Part shown: one piece after another, positions 19,345 to 28,352 of the stretch
Numbering within the stretch: position 1 is the stretch's first letter
Layout: each line of letters opens with the position of its first letter
Source: Actinobacteria bacterium casp-actino5
GTDB taxonomy: Bacteria > Actinomycetota > Acidimicrobiia > Acidimicrobiales > Ilumatobacteraceae
Assembly: GCA_001510385.1 (NCBI GenBank)
Contig: LFFE01000011.1
Location: forward strand, 94,922 to 158,921
Reading direction: 5' to 3'
DNA: 64,000 bases
Notes under the pieces: generated by a model
Database searches by the model: none
What the model saw: the letters and a program-made list of their open reading frames with translations, nothing else
Told to the model about the DNA's origin: nothing
Translations under genes and position numbers: made by a program

Positions 19345-20760
19345 ATGAGTGACGACATGTGGGGCGATTCAGATTCATTGTTTGATGAGCCTGAGCGCCG
19401 ACGATCTGAAGACGAGTCGACCGCCGCGAGTCAGCCGGCGACACCGTCGTTTTCTTTTGATGACGAATCAGGACCGTTGCCTCATTGGACGGAAGCCCCA
19501 TCGGGTGGGATGCCCCGGCCTGACGAATCCGAAGAAGATACCGAACAGCGTTTGCCAGTTCGGTCCTTCGATGATGACGATCTTGGAATTCTCGACGATG
19601 ACATTCCCACTGGCCGATCAGAGGATGACCTTTGGGCAACCTTTACTGCTGAACAGCCTGTGTGGCAACCAGGCGAGACCCCAGAACCGACGCGTGAATC
19701 GCCAGCGATCGGCTCATTTGATGACCCCGCCTCGGTGGCAGAGCCGGCAACGGCCGAGCAGAGGCGGATCGTGATCGGGACAGATCCTTCGGGCATGGAC
19801 CGCCCTAGTTCGACGGCAAAAGAAGCGGTTCGTGAGGATTCTGGAGGCACTCGTCGCCGTGCGGGCGGTAAGGCGAAGGCCTCGCTACCGCGACCAGGTG
19901 CACCAGCGACAGCAGGGCGAGATATGCCGGTGGCAACCGCAGTCGGCATTTTGCTCGTTGCAATCTTTGTTGGAACGCTTGCGTACCGTCCGTGGGCGAC
20001 GCTCACACTCGTAGCGGTCATCCTCGGACTTGCAGCAGTTGAGTTCTATGACAAGGTGACCGAGAAGGGCTATCGGCCAGCGGTCGTCCCGGGGATTGTT
20101 GCGTGTGTGATCGCACCACTTGCTGCCTACTGGCAAGGTGACGGAGCGTTGCCGCTTGTCATCATGTTTGCGTTTATCGCAACTGCAGGAACATATATCG
20201 GTGCCCGCTCGGTTGACATCGGGCCGCTGCCAAATGTATCGATCACAACTCTGCCGATTGTGTGGATCGGACTGGCAGGAGCGTTTGCTGGACTGATTCT
20301 TCGTTTCTCCACGACTGGCGAAGTGCTGAGAGCAGATAACGGTACGGACACACTGTTTATGTTGGCCCTTGCAGTTGTGGCAAATGACGTCGGCGCATTG
20401 TTTGTCGGTGCTGCTGCAGGTCGAACCCCACTGCGCTCGTGGATTTCACCAGGTAAAACGGTCGAAGGCTTTATCGGTGGGGCGTTGCTCACCATCGTGG
20501 TACTGATCATTGTCGGTATCGGTGGTTGGAATACGACGTGGGACAGCACGGGCGACCTTCTATTACTGGCGATCGTGGTATCAATTTTTGCCCCGATGGG
20601 AGACTTGGTTGAGTCGATGTTCAAGCGGAACCTGGGTGTCAAAGACTTTGGCTCATTGGTGAAGGGTCACGGCGGGGTACTCGACAGGTTTGATGGGTTC
20701 TTGCTCACGTTGCCAACCGTGTATTACCTGACGCTGATCCTCGAGCCGTGGGCCGGCTGA
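19345..20760 (+). CDS. cdsA: phosphatidate cytidylyltransferase with ~190-aa acidic N-terminal extension
   Basis: The C-terminal ~280 aa form a multi-TM CdsA core with the signature SMFKRNLGVKDFGSLVKGHGGVLDRFD. The N-terminal 193 aa are Asp/Glu/Pro/Ser-rich and in the same frame. Confidence 0.85.
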   Translation: MSDDMWGDSDSLFDEPERRRSEDESTAASQPATPSFSFDDESGPLPHWTEAPSGGMPRPDESEEDTEQRLPVRSFDDDDLGILDDDIPTGRSEDDLWATFTAEQPVWQPGETPEPTRESPAIGSFDDPASVAEPATAEQRRIVIGTDPSGMDRPSSTAKEAVREDSGGTRRRAGGKAKASLPRPGAPATAGRDMPVATAVGILLVAIFVGTLAYRPWATLTLVAVILGLAAVEFYDKVTEKGYRPAVVPGIVACVIAPLAAYWQGDGALPLVIMFAFIATAGTYIGARSVDIGPLPNVSITTLPIVWIGLAGAFAGLILRFSTTGEVLRADNGTDTLFMLALAVVANDVGALFVGAAAGRTPLRSWISPGKTVEGFIGGALLTIVVLIIVGIGGWNTTWDSTGDLLLLAIVVSIFAPMGDLVESMFKRNLGVKDFGSLVKGHGGVLDRFDGFLLTLPTVYYLTLILEPWAG

Positions 20761-20776
20761 CGAGTACCTGACCACG

Positions 20777-21937
20777 ATGACTCCCGTACGGGTCGCAATT
20801 GCAGGCTCAACAGGGTCAATTGGTCGACAAACGCTCGAGGTCATCTCCGCTGAGCCTGATTCGTATGTCGTGGTTGGGCTGTCGGCAGGATCATCTGTTG
20901 ACCTCGTCGTTGAGCAAGCGCTGAAGTTTCGCCCGTCATTGGTTGCGATGAGCGATGAAGCGGCTCGGGAGAGGGTTCGTGATGCCCTTGCTGGAGTGGG
21001 CGGCATTGAGGTTGTAGCGGATGCCACTGAGATGTGCGGGATCGCTGATGTTGTCATTAACGGAGTTGTCGGTTTTGCTGGGCTCCCGGTCACGATGGCG
21101 ACGTTAAAGAATGGGCGTCGACTAGGACTTGCCAATAAGGAAAGCCTCATTGCGGCAGGTCCGATCGTGCAGCCATTGCGTCAGGTCGAGGGTGCTGATC
21201 TTGTGCCAGTTGACTCAGAGCATTGTGCTTTGCATCAATGTCTTCGGTCATCAGTAGACACGAATCGTGAGGTGGCTCGTCTCGTACTCACTGCGAGTGG
21301 GGGTCCATTCCGTGGTCGCTCGTTTGCTGACCTCGAGCAAGTGAGTGTTGACGAGGCTCTTCGGCATCCAACCTGGTCAATGGGACCAAAGATCACCATT
21401 GATTCTTCGACGCTGATGAATAAGGGCCTCGAGGTTATTGAAGCCCACGAACTCTTTGGGACTGGTTTCGATGACATCGATGTAGTGGTTCACCCGCAGT
21501 CGGTGGTGCATTCAATGGTCGAGTTCACCGATGGTTCAACAATCGCCCAGTTATCGATGCCCGATATGCGTCTTCCAATTGGGTACGCACTCGGTTGGCC
21601 AGAGCGCTTGAGGACGCCATTTGGCAAAATCGACTGGACCCAACTCTCGCGACTTGACTTTGAGCCACCAGATCGCCGCGCATTTCGATGTCTGGATCTT
21701 GCCTATCAGGCGGGACGCTCCGGCGGCACAGCCCCAGCTGTCATCTCTGCAGCAAATGAGGTAGCGGTGGATGCGTTCATGTCGCGTCGAATCACATGGC
21801 ACCAGATTCACGATGTCTCGGCCGCCGTTCTTGACCACTCAACGATCGTTATGCCGACGTCAGTTGAAGAAGTCATTGATGCCGATCGTTGCGCTCGTGA
21901 GGACGCGGAGCGTGTGATCAGTGGCATGATTTCGTAA
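20777..21937 (+). CDS. dxr: 1-deoxy-D-xylulose 5-phosphate reductoisomerase
   Basis: GSTGSIGRQTL NADPH loop, LANKESL, DSEHCAL, TASGGPFR, HPTWSMGPKITIDS. Confidence 0.96.
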   Translation: MTPVRVAIAGSTGSIGRQTLEVISAEPDSYVVVGLSAGSSVDLVVEQALKFRPSLVAMSDEAARERVRDALAGVGGIEVVADATEMCGIADVVINGVVGFAGLPVTMATLKNGRRLGLANKESLIAAGPIVQPLRQVEGADLVPVDSEHCALHQCLRSSVDTNREVARLVLTASGGPFRGRSFADLEQVSVDEALRHPTWSMGPKITIDSSTLMNKGLEVIEAHELFGTGFDDIDVVVHPQSVVHSMVEFTDGSTIAQLSMPDMRLPIGYALGWPERLRTPFGKIDWTQLSRLDFEPPDRRAFRCLDLAYQAGRSGGTAPAVISAANEVAVDAFMSRRITWHQIHDVSAAVLDHSTIVMPTSVEEVIDADRCAREDAERVISGMIS

Positions 21938-21945
21938 GAGGAATC

Positions 21946-23241
21946 GTGGCTGACAAAGTGAAACCAGAATCATCTTCGCCTGCCGCATGGCCGGCGCCAA
22001 CCGCATCGTCGCGGTTTGTCTCCGAAGTTGTTGCCGGCGGTGCAGTTGGCGAACGAAACCCTGATGACAATGGCACCGGTGTGGTCGGTTTGATCGTTCT
22101 CATCGGAATGTTCGTTGCGTTAGCGCTTGCGAACATTTGGTGGTTTGTCTTTGCGATCGGCTTGTTGCTCTCCATCGTGTTGCACGAAGTAGGGCATTAT
22201 TCAACCGCTCGGTGGAGCGGCATGAAAGTCACCCAATTCTTTGTCGGATTCGGGCCGCGGGTGTGGAGTGTGCATCGGCGCTCAACAGAATTTGGTGTTC
22301 GAGCATTGCCCCTCGGTGCGTTCGTGCGAATTGTCGGCATGAACATGATGGATGACGTCGATGAGGCTGATGAACAAGAGACGTATCGGTCAAAGTCGTA
22401 TCCAAAGCGGATGCTGGTTATCACAGCCGGGTCGTTGATGCATTTCTTGCTCGCGTTGGTGTTGCTGTCGGCGGTGTTTGCAACCCGTGGCGAAGCCGTG
22501 GTGTTGCCTGGCGCCGAAGTGATGTCAGTTGGCGATGACATGCCAGCGGCAGGTGTTGTTGCGCCTGGGGACGTCATTCTCAGCATCGATGATCGTGTCG
22601 TTGTAGATGGCGCGTTAGGTGATGTGGTGCGGTCGTTTGAGCCTGGTTCAACCGTCAACATTGAACTTGAGCGCAATGGAGCGAGATCAACGGTTGCGGC
22701 GACTCTTGGTTCGAATGCGCTGGTTGGAGGCGACGGGTCTTCGGCTTTTCTTGGAGTGTCGACTGTGATGTCAGTCTCGCTAGAGCAACGAGCTTGGTGG
22801 GCGGCTCCGTGGCACTCGGTTGCCTCGATGGGTGATCAGATGTGGATGTCGGTCAAAGGCGTGGTCACCGTGCTGAATCCTGCAAATGTTGTCGCGCATC
22901 TCACTGGCGATAATGCTGACCCGATGACCAGGCCAACGACATTGGTTGGGATCACAGCGGTGAGTGATGATGTCGGTCAATCAGGCGGATTTGCCGGTGT
23001 GATCGAGTTATTGGCCTACCTAAACGTGTTTGTCGGGGTGTTCAACTTGTTCCCACTGTTGCCGCTCGATGGTGGGCATGCGGCGATTGCAACCTACGAG
23101 CGCGTTCGCGAAGGTCGAACCCGCTCCCGGTACCACGCTGATGTTGCCCGTCTTGTTCCGTTGACGATGGCAGTGGTGGCAATGCTGGCATTCATGTTTA
23201 TGTCCGGTCTATATCTCGACGTCGTTAACCCAATTCGCTGA
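21946..23241 (+). CDS. M50 family site-2 (RIP) zinc metalloprotease, RseP/Rip1-like
   Basis: HEVGHY zinc motif in a TM helix, a central PDZ-like region, and FNLFPLLPLDGGH. Conserved position between dxr and ispG. Confidence 0.87.
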   Translation: MADKVKPESSSPAAWPAPTASSRFVSEVVAGGAVGERNPDDNGTGVVGLIVLIGMFVALALANIWWFVFAIGLLLSIVLHEVGHYSTARWSGMKVTQFFVGFGPRVWSVHRRSTEFGVRALPLGAFVRIVGMNMMDDVDEADEQETYRSKSYPKRMLVITAGSLMHFLLALVLLSAVFATRGEAVVLPGAEVMSVGDDMPAAGVVAPGDVILSIDDRVVVDGALGDVVRSFEPGSTVNIELERNGARSTVAATLGSNALVGGDGSSAFLGVSTVMSVSLEQRAWWAAPWHSVASMGDQMWMSVKGVVTVLNPANVVAHLTGDNADPMTRPTTLVGITAVSDDVGQSGGFAGVIELLAYLNVFVGVFNLFPLLPLDGGHAAIATYERVREGRTRSRYHADVARLVPLTMAVVAMLAFMFMSGLYLDVVNPIR

Positions 23242-23251
23242 GGAGAGTTCG

Positions 23252-24490
23252 ATGGAAGTCACAGGATGGTCAGGGAAGCGACGTAAGTCTCGAGTGATCA
23301 ATGTTGGTGGTGTCCCCGTCGGTGGCGATTCCCCGATCACTGTTCAGTCGATGACGGTTACGAAAACGGCTGATGTTGAGGGAACCCTCCAGCAGATCTA
23401 TGCGCTTGCGGCCGCCGGATGCGACATTGTTCGATGCACCTGTAACGAATCTGAAGCGGCAGTCGGTTTGGCACAAATTGTTCCACGGTCACCAATTCCA
23501 GTCATTGCTGACATTCACCATCAATACAAGATGGCACTCGCTGCGTTGGAGGCGGGTGTGCACGGTCTTCGGTTGAATCCTGGCAATATCCGTCGGCCAG
23601 AACAGATCAAGGCGGTGGCATCGGAGTGTCGAGATCGTGGCGTCCCGATTCGTATTGGGGTGAACGCTGGGTCACTTGATCCTGATCTTTATGAGAAGTA
23701 CGGCGGAGCGACACCGGAGGCGATGGTCGAGTCAGCCCAGCGTGAATTGGAGTATTTCGGCGAGGTTGATTTTGACCTCGTGAAAATATCGGTGAAGGCG
23801 TCAAGCGTTCCACTCATGGTTGAGGCGTATCGACAGCTCGCAGAGGTGACTGATCATCCGCTGCACCTTGGGGTCACCGAAGCAGGCCCTCCTCCCGCTG
23901 GATTAGTGAAAGCGACTGCCGGTATTTCGACACTTCTCTTGGAGGGGATTGGCGACACCATTAGGTACTCCTTGACCGCAGATCCTGTCGAAGAGGCGCG
24001 TGCTGGTCGTCAATTGCTTGAGGCCCTTGGGCTTCGCGAGCGAAAGAATGTTGACCTCATTGCCTGTCCATCTTGTGGCCGAGCTGAAATTGACGTCATC
24101 GAGGTTGCACAGAAGGCGATGGAGGCCTTTGGCGAGCGGCAACTTCCGCTTCAGGTGGCAGTGATGGGTTGTGTGGTGAACGGTCCGGGGGAGGCACGCG
24201 AGGCTGACCTCGGGATTGCCGCAGGCAACAAGCGTGGCCATTTGTTCGTGAAGGGCCGCAATGTTGCGGTTGTTCCGGAGGATGAAATGGTCGAAGCGCT
24301 GGTTGAGTGGGCTGAGTTCATTAGCGAACATGGCACCGAAGCAGCGATTGAGCGCGCGGATACTGAACGCGCTGAGAGAGAAGCAGCGAAGGACCGGTCG
24401 ATGCTGCTCGATGAGCAGGGTGATGACGTCAATAACTCGACTGAGCGAATTGTTGAGATTGGGCGACGCCTTTCCGGCGACAATGCGTAG
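23252..24490 (+). CDS. ispG: 4-hydroxy-3-methylbut-2-en-1-yl diphosphate synthase
   Basis: ITVQSMT, LRLNPGN, RIGVNAGSL, and the Fe-S Cys motifs ACPSCGR and GCVVNGPGE. Confidence 0.96.
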   Translation: MEVTGWSGKRRKSRVINVGGVPVGGDSPITVQSMTVTKTADVEGTLQQIYALAAAGCDIVRCTCNESEAAVGLAQIVPRSPIPVIADIHHQYKMALAALEAGVHGLRLNPGNIRRPEQIKAVASECRDRGVPIRIGVNAGSLDPDLYEKYGGATPEAMVESAQRELEYFGEVDFDLVKISVKASSVPLMVEAYRQLAEVTDHPLHLGVTEAGPPPAGLVKATAGISTLLLEGIGDTIRYSLTADPVEEARAGRQLLEALGLRERKNVDLIACPSCGRAEIDVIEVAQKAMEAFGERQLPLQVAVMGCVVNGPGEAREADLGIAAGNKRGHLFVKGRNVAVVPEDEMVEALVEWAEFISEHGTEAAIERADTERAEREAAKDRSMLLDEQGDDVNNSTERIVEIGRRLSGDNA

Positions 24491-25360
24491 TTAGTTCTTG
24501 AGCTCAGCGATGGCTTCGGCTGTGGCGAGAACCCGACGTGCGTTATCAACATGCAGGTTCTCGATCATGCGCCCATCGACCGTGATCACCCCACGGCCCT
24601 CGCTCACTGCCTCATTGAATGCCTCGATCACCCGCTTGGAGTGATCGATGTCTGCCTCTGATGGAGCCCATACGTCGTTCGTAGGCTCGACTTGGGTGGG
24701 GTGGATGAGAGTTTTCCCGTCAAATCCGAAGGCTCGTCCTTGCTCTGCTTCGGAGAGGAACCCTTCAGCATTTTTCACATCGTTATAGACCCCGTCGAGG
24801 ATGACTTTGTCGGCCTCGCGTGCACCGAGTAGAGCAGCGGCGAGGTGAGGGAGCAGCGGCGCACGGTCGGACTGCTGTTCGGCTCGAAGTTCTTTCACCA
24901 GGTCATTCGTTCCCATGACGAGCACATTGACGCGCGGGTGAGCTGCAATTGACCGAATATCAAAAATTGCAGTGGGGGTCTCCACCATTGCCCAAATTGT
25001 CATTTCTGCCGGAGCATTCGCTGAGCGAAGCTGTGCATCCACTTCGTTCAAGTGGTCAGTGGAGGTCACTTTGGGAATTACGACGGCGGCGGCACCCGAG
25101 GTCGCTGCCGCAGCGAGGTCGGCTGCCCCCCAGGGAGTATCGAGGCCATTACAACGAATAGTCAATTCACGTTTGCCATATTCCCCAGAAGATGCAGCCG
25201 CTACAGCGTTCACGCGGGCTGCATCTTTGGCATCAGGTGCGACGGCATCTTCCAAGTCGAAAATGATTGCATCAGCCGGAATCGTCTTTGCTTTTTCGAG
25301 GGCGCGTTCGTTTGCAGCCGGCATGTACAGCACAGATCGGCGTGGTCGAAGTGAGGTCAT
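24491..25360 (-). CDS. HpcH/HpaI-CitE family protein, Mcl2-like ((3S)-malyl-CoA thioesterase-like)
   Basis: RSVLYMPAANERALEKA, ADAIIFDLEDAVAP, MGTNDLVKEL, GFDGKTLIHPTQV, VDGRMIENLHV. As I recall it, this closely resembles Rhodobacter Mcl2. Lies 1 nt downstream of the mcl-like gene. Confidence 0.72.
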   Translation of the reverse strand: MTSLRPRRSVLYMPAANERALEKAKTIPADAIIFDLEDAVAPDAKDAARVNAVAAASSGEYGKRELTIRCNGLDTPWGAADLAAAATSGAAAVVIPKVTSTDHLNEVDAQLRSANAPAEMTIWAMVETPTAIFDIRSIAAHPRVNVLVMGTNDLVKELRAEQQSDRAPLLPHLAAALLGAREADKVILDGVYNDVKNAEGFLSEAEQGRAFGFDGKTLIHPTQVEPTNDVWAPSEADIDHSKRVIEAFNEAVSEGRGVITVDGRMIENLHVDNARRVLATAEAIAELKN

Positions 25361-25361
25361 G

Positions 25362-26423
25362 TCAGGCTCCCAACTCGTACAGGGCGGCTAACTCAGGGTC
25401 GCTCGAAGCGAGTTGCTCTGCGAGACGAACAACCACCTGGCACTGCTTCACCGACGCATCGTCTTCCATTTTGCCGTCAAGCATGATGGCTCCTGTTCCA
25501 TCGCCCATTGCCTCAATAACGCGGCGGGCGTGGGCAACCTGTTCGGCAGATGGTGAGAAGACTTCTTTCGCTACTGCGATTTGGTCGGGGTGGAGACTCC
25601 ACGCTCCAACACATCCAAGAAGGTAGGCGTTGCGGAATTGGTCTGCGCACGCAGTGGTATCACGAATATCGCCGAATGGGCCGTAGTACGGCAGGATCCC
25701 TGCCATCACACAGGCATCGACCATACGAGCAATTGTGTAGTGCCACAGGTCTTGCTGGAAGGTAGACCGTTCTGCCTCAGGATTGTCAGGGTCGGGATCT
25801 GATCGAACAAGGTAATCAGGGTGTCCGCCACCGACTCGAGTGGTCTTCATCCGACGATTGGCCGCAAGGTCGGCTGGGCCGAGCGAAAGTCCTTGCATGC
25901 GAGGTGATGCCAAGCAGATTTCCTCAACATTCGCTACGCCGCGAGCGGTCTCAAGAATTGCGTGAAGCAAGATTGGCCGCGTGAGACCAGCCTCTGCTTC
26001 GAGTTGCGCAATGAGCCGATCGGCATAGTGAATGTCCTCGGCTCCCTCGACTTTCGGAAGGATGATGACATCGACTGCGTGCCCTGCTTCTAACACGGCT
26101 GCTCGAATGTCTGCGAGGCACCAAGGAGAGTCGAGGCTGTTGACCCGAGTCCACAACTGGGTTGATCCAAAATCGACATTCTTTGCGACATCGACGAGAC
26201 CGGCACGGGCGGCATCTTTTTCTGCCATTGGAACACCGTCTTCTAGGTTGGCGACAAGCACGTCAACCTTGCCAACAAGTGATGGCACCTTGCTGCGCAT
26301 CTTCTCGTTATTCGGAGGAAAGAAGTGCAACATTCGGCTTGGCCGAAATGGGATCTCACGGACGGGTTCGGGAGCGCCAACGGCGAGGGGGCGGAAGAAG
26401 TCTTTAGGTGAACGCACACCCAA
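25362..26423 (-). CDS. mcl: L-malyl-CoA/beta-methylmalyl-CoA lyase (Chloroflexus-type Mcl)
   Basis: FFRPLAVGAPEPVREIPFRPSRMLHFFPP, VLVANLEDGVPM, SLGPADLAANRRMKTTRVGGGHP, QQDLWHYTIARMVDA, GAWSLHPDQI. This is colinear with my recollection of Chloroflexus aurantiacus Mcl. TTG/GTG start. Confidence 0.8.
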   Translation of the reverse strand: MGVRSPKDFFRPLAVGAPEPVREIPFRPSRMLHFFPPNNEKMRSKVPSLVGKVDVLVANLEDGVPMAEKDAARAGLVDVAKNVDFGSTQLWTRVNSLDSPWCLADIRAAVLEAGHAVDVIILPKVEGAEDIHYADRLIAQLEAEAGLTRPILLHAILETARGVANVEEICLASPRMQGLSLGPADLAANRRMKTTRVGGGHPDYLVRSDPDPDNPEAERSTFQQDLWHYTIARMVDACVMAGILPYYGPFGDIRDTTACADQFRNAYLLGCVGAWSLHPDQIAVAKEVFSPSAEQVAHARRVIEAMGDGTGAIMLDGKMEDDASVKQCQVVVRLAEQLASSDPELAALYELGA

Positions 26424-26426
26424 ACG

Positions 26427-26861
26427 CTACGTGCTAGAAGGGTCGTTTGAAAAACTGCGCAGCCAAGTTGGAAGTCGAGTAGGTCGACCATCTGGGGTCA
26501 CGGCACCGTGAACGGTGACCGCGGTTGAGTGAACTGCGCCCTCAACGGTCAGCAGATACACCATCTGAAAGGTCGCTCGGGTGACTGGTCCCATTGCAAC
26601 GTGTACGTCGACAACATCGTCAAACCTCAGCGGTTGGCGATATTGAACGCCTGCTTCGAGGACGGCCATGTCGACCCCCTCAGCTCGAATTTCGTGATAG
26701 GGGTGGCCGATGTGGCGCAGGTACTCAACACGTGCTTCCTCGAGATAGGGGAGATAGCGGCTGTGGTGGACGATTCCCATCGCATCGGTCTCAGCAAATC
26801 GCACACGAATGCGATGAGAGAAGTCATAAGCCGAGGCGTCAGTTGGTGGTTTGATGGACAT
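26427..26861 (-). CDS. acyl-CoA thioesterase, 4HBT/YbgC hotdog family
   Basis: RVRFAETDAMGIVHHSRYLPYLEEARVEYLR hotdog-fold signature with the catalytic Asp. Start trimmed to the ATG at 26861 (MSIKPP). Lies 3 nt upstream of mcl. Confidence 0.75.
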   Translation of the reverse strand: MSIKPPTDASAYDFSHRIRVRFAETDAMGIVHHSRYLPYLEEARVEYLRHIGHPYHEIRAEGVDMAVLEAGVQYRQPLRFDDVVDVHVAMGPVTRATFQMVYLLTVEGAVHSTAVTVHGAVTPDGRPTRLPTWLRSFSNDPSST

Positions 26862-26908
26862 TCTCACAACCCTCGACCGTATCGTGCTGGTGTGAGGAGT
26901 CGTGGACA

Positions 26909-27376
26909 ATGACCCCAGCGGTGCAGTTGCTAGCCGAACGGAAGATCTCCTTTCGCCTGTGCGAATACGACCACGATCCCGCAAATTCGAACTTTGGTCT
27001 CGAAGCTGCGAACGAACTTGGGCTCGATCCAGATCAGGTGTTCAAAACGCTCATCGTTGTTGCAGGAGGCGATGAGATGTGTGCAATCGTGCCGGTCAGC
27101 GGGCAACTGTCATTGAAGGCGTTTGCCAATGCAGTGGGGGTGAAGCGCGTCGTGATGTGCCCACCAGAACGTGCTCAACGAGCCACCGGTTACCTCGTCG
27201 GTGGCATTTCTCCGATCGCCCAGCGACGTTCGCTGGTGACGGTCATCGACGAGACAGCGCAGTTGTACGACGAGGTATTTGTCAGCGGAGGCCGGCGCGG
27301 GCTCGATGTCGCAGTCGGGCCAGACGACCTCATGGTTGTGACTGGCGGAATGTTCGCAGATATCGCTACCCGTTGA
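26909..27376 (+). CDS. ybaK: Cys-tRNA(Pro)/Cys-tRNA(Cys) deacylase YbaK
   Basis: YbaK/EbsC pattern: VFKTLIV, ERAQRATGYLVGGISP, VFVSGGRRGLDV. Confidence 0.85.
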   Translation: MTPAVQLLAERKISFRLCEYDHDPANSNFGLEAANELGLDPDQVFKTLIVVAGGDEMCAIVPVSGQLSLKAFANAVGVKRVVMCPPERAQRATGYLVGGISPIAQRRSLVTVIDETAQLYDEVFVSGGRRGLDVAVGPDDLMVVTGGMFADIATR

Positions 27377-27387
27377 GGCGAGCTCAA

Positions 27388-28308
27388 TCAGATCCCAGAT
27401 GGGTGACGGAGAGCAGCTTCGATGCGCGCAACTCTCGTGCGTGCCGGTGGATGAGATGCTCGCACACGTTGACGCCATCCGATGCTGCGTTGGCCACCAC
27501 CGAAGGCGATCACACGGGTGAGTGCGGCGACAAGCTCACTTCCGTAGCCGAGTTGAACGCTCCGTTGGTCAGCGTCGAATTCTGATCGGTGTCCAACGAG
27601 ATTTCCAACCGCGTCACTGGCGTAGAGCACGCACAGAAATGCCCACGACACGGCGGTGAGCACACCTGCGATCACCGCGCCGACTGCGGTCAGTGCTGAT
27701 GAGTGCGCAACAAAGGTTTCTGTGGCGGCGCGGGCAACGTTTTTGACGGCGAACCCAATACGAGCGAGAGCGATGATTGGCAGGGAGTACCAATGGATCA
27801 GGGTGAGAGAAATCGTATGGAGACCGAGGTGGTGGGACAATTCGTGGGCGAAGACTCCTGCGAGCTCGCGTTGGTTGAGGTGCTGCAGAGAGAATGTGGT
27901 GGTGATCACCATGTGTCCGCCGCATGCGAAGGCGTTGAGTTCGTCGGCATCGATCACACGTAACACAAACCTGTTTGGGTCAATTCCTGCAGACACACTT
28001 ACCTGTTCCCAAATTGGTTGAGCAACAAGGTGTTCCTCGGGGGTGAGTGATCTGGCGCCGAGCACAGGGGTAAGCACCAGGGTCTGAGCAACGCGAAGAA
28101 ACAGGCAACATGCTCCTAGCGTCCAGGCGATAGGAATCACCCAAAAGGACAGGGAGATTCCGACGATGTTGAGTGCGGCGTTGACCGGAATCCAGATAAG
28201 TCGCAGCGAAATCAATGAGAACGGCAGCACTACTGCGAGGGGCGTAAGTGCCGCAAATGACGATAGGTCAACCGTCCTGCGGTGAAGATGCCGTGGTGTG
28301 CGATCCAC
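27388..28308 (-). CDS. M48 family zinc metallopeptidase (HtpX-like), membrane protein
   Basis: Several N-terminal TM helices, the HELSHH zinc motif, and the C-terminal HPPARTRV typical of the M48 family. Confidence 0.75.
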   Translation of the reverse strand: MDRTPRHLHRRTVDLSSFAALTPLAVVLPFSLISLRLIWIPVNAALNIVGISLSFWVIPIAWTLGACCLFLRVAQTLVLTPVLGARSLTPEEHLVAQPIWEQVSVSAGIDPNRFVLRVIDADELNAFACGGHMVITTTFSLQHLNQRELAGVFAHELSHHLGLHTISLTLIHWYSLPIIALARIGFAVKNVARAATETFVAHSSALTAVGAVIAGVLTAVSWAFLCVLYASDAVGNLVGHRSEFDADQRSVQLGYGSELVAALTRVIAFGGGQRSIGWRQRVRASHPPARTRVARIEAALRHPSGI

Positions 28309-28352
28309 AGGTAAGAGGTTACGCAGTGCGCTGAGAGGTTTCTCATCGCTTC

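Noticed and set aside
18965-19639. A 224-aa ORF antisense to frr and the cdsA 5' end. Similar antisense or off-frame ORFs exist elsewhere (e.g. 353-889, 14717-15283, 20127-20642, 46418-47038, 55132-55692, 61478-62182).
   Set aside because: Each overlaps a CDS with clear homology-type motifs on the other strand or frame. None shows a family signature, signal peptide or plausible start context.
26862-26908. An inverted repeat CTCACA-N21-TGTGAG in the thioesterase/ybaK divergent region, as a possible operator.
   Set aside because: The half-sites are short (6 nt) and widely spaced, which is easily expected by chance. No regulator gene is adjacent.
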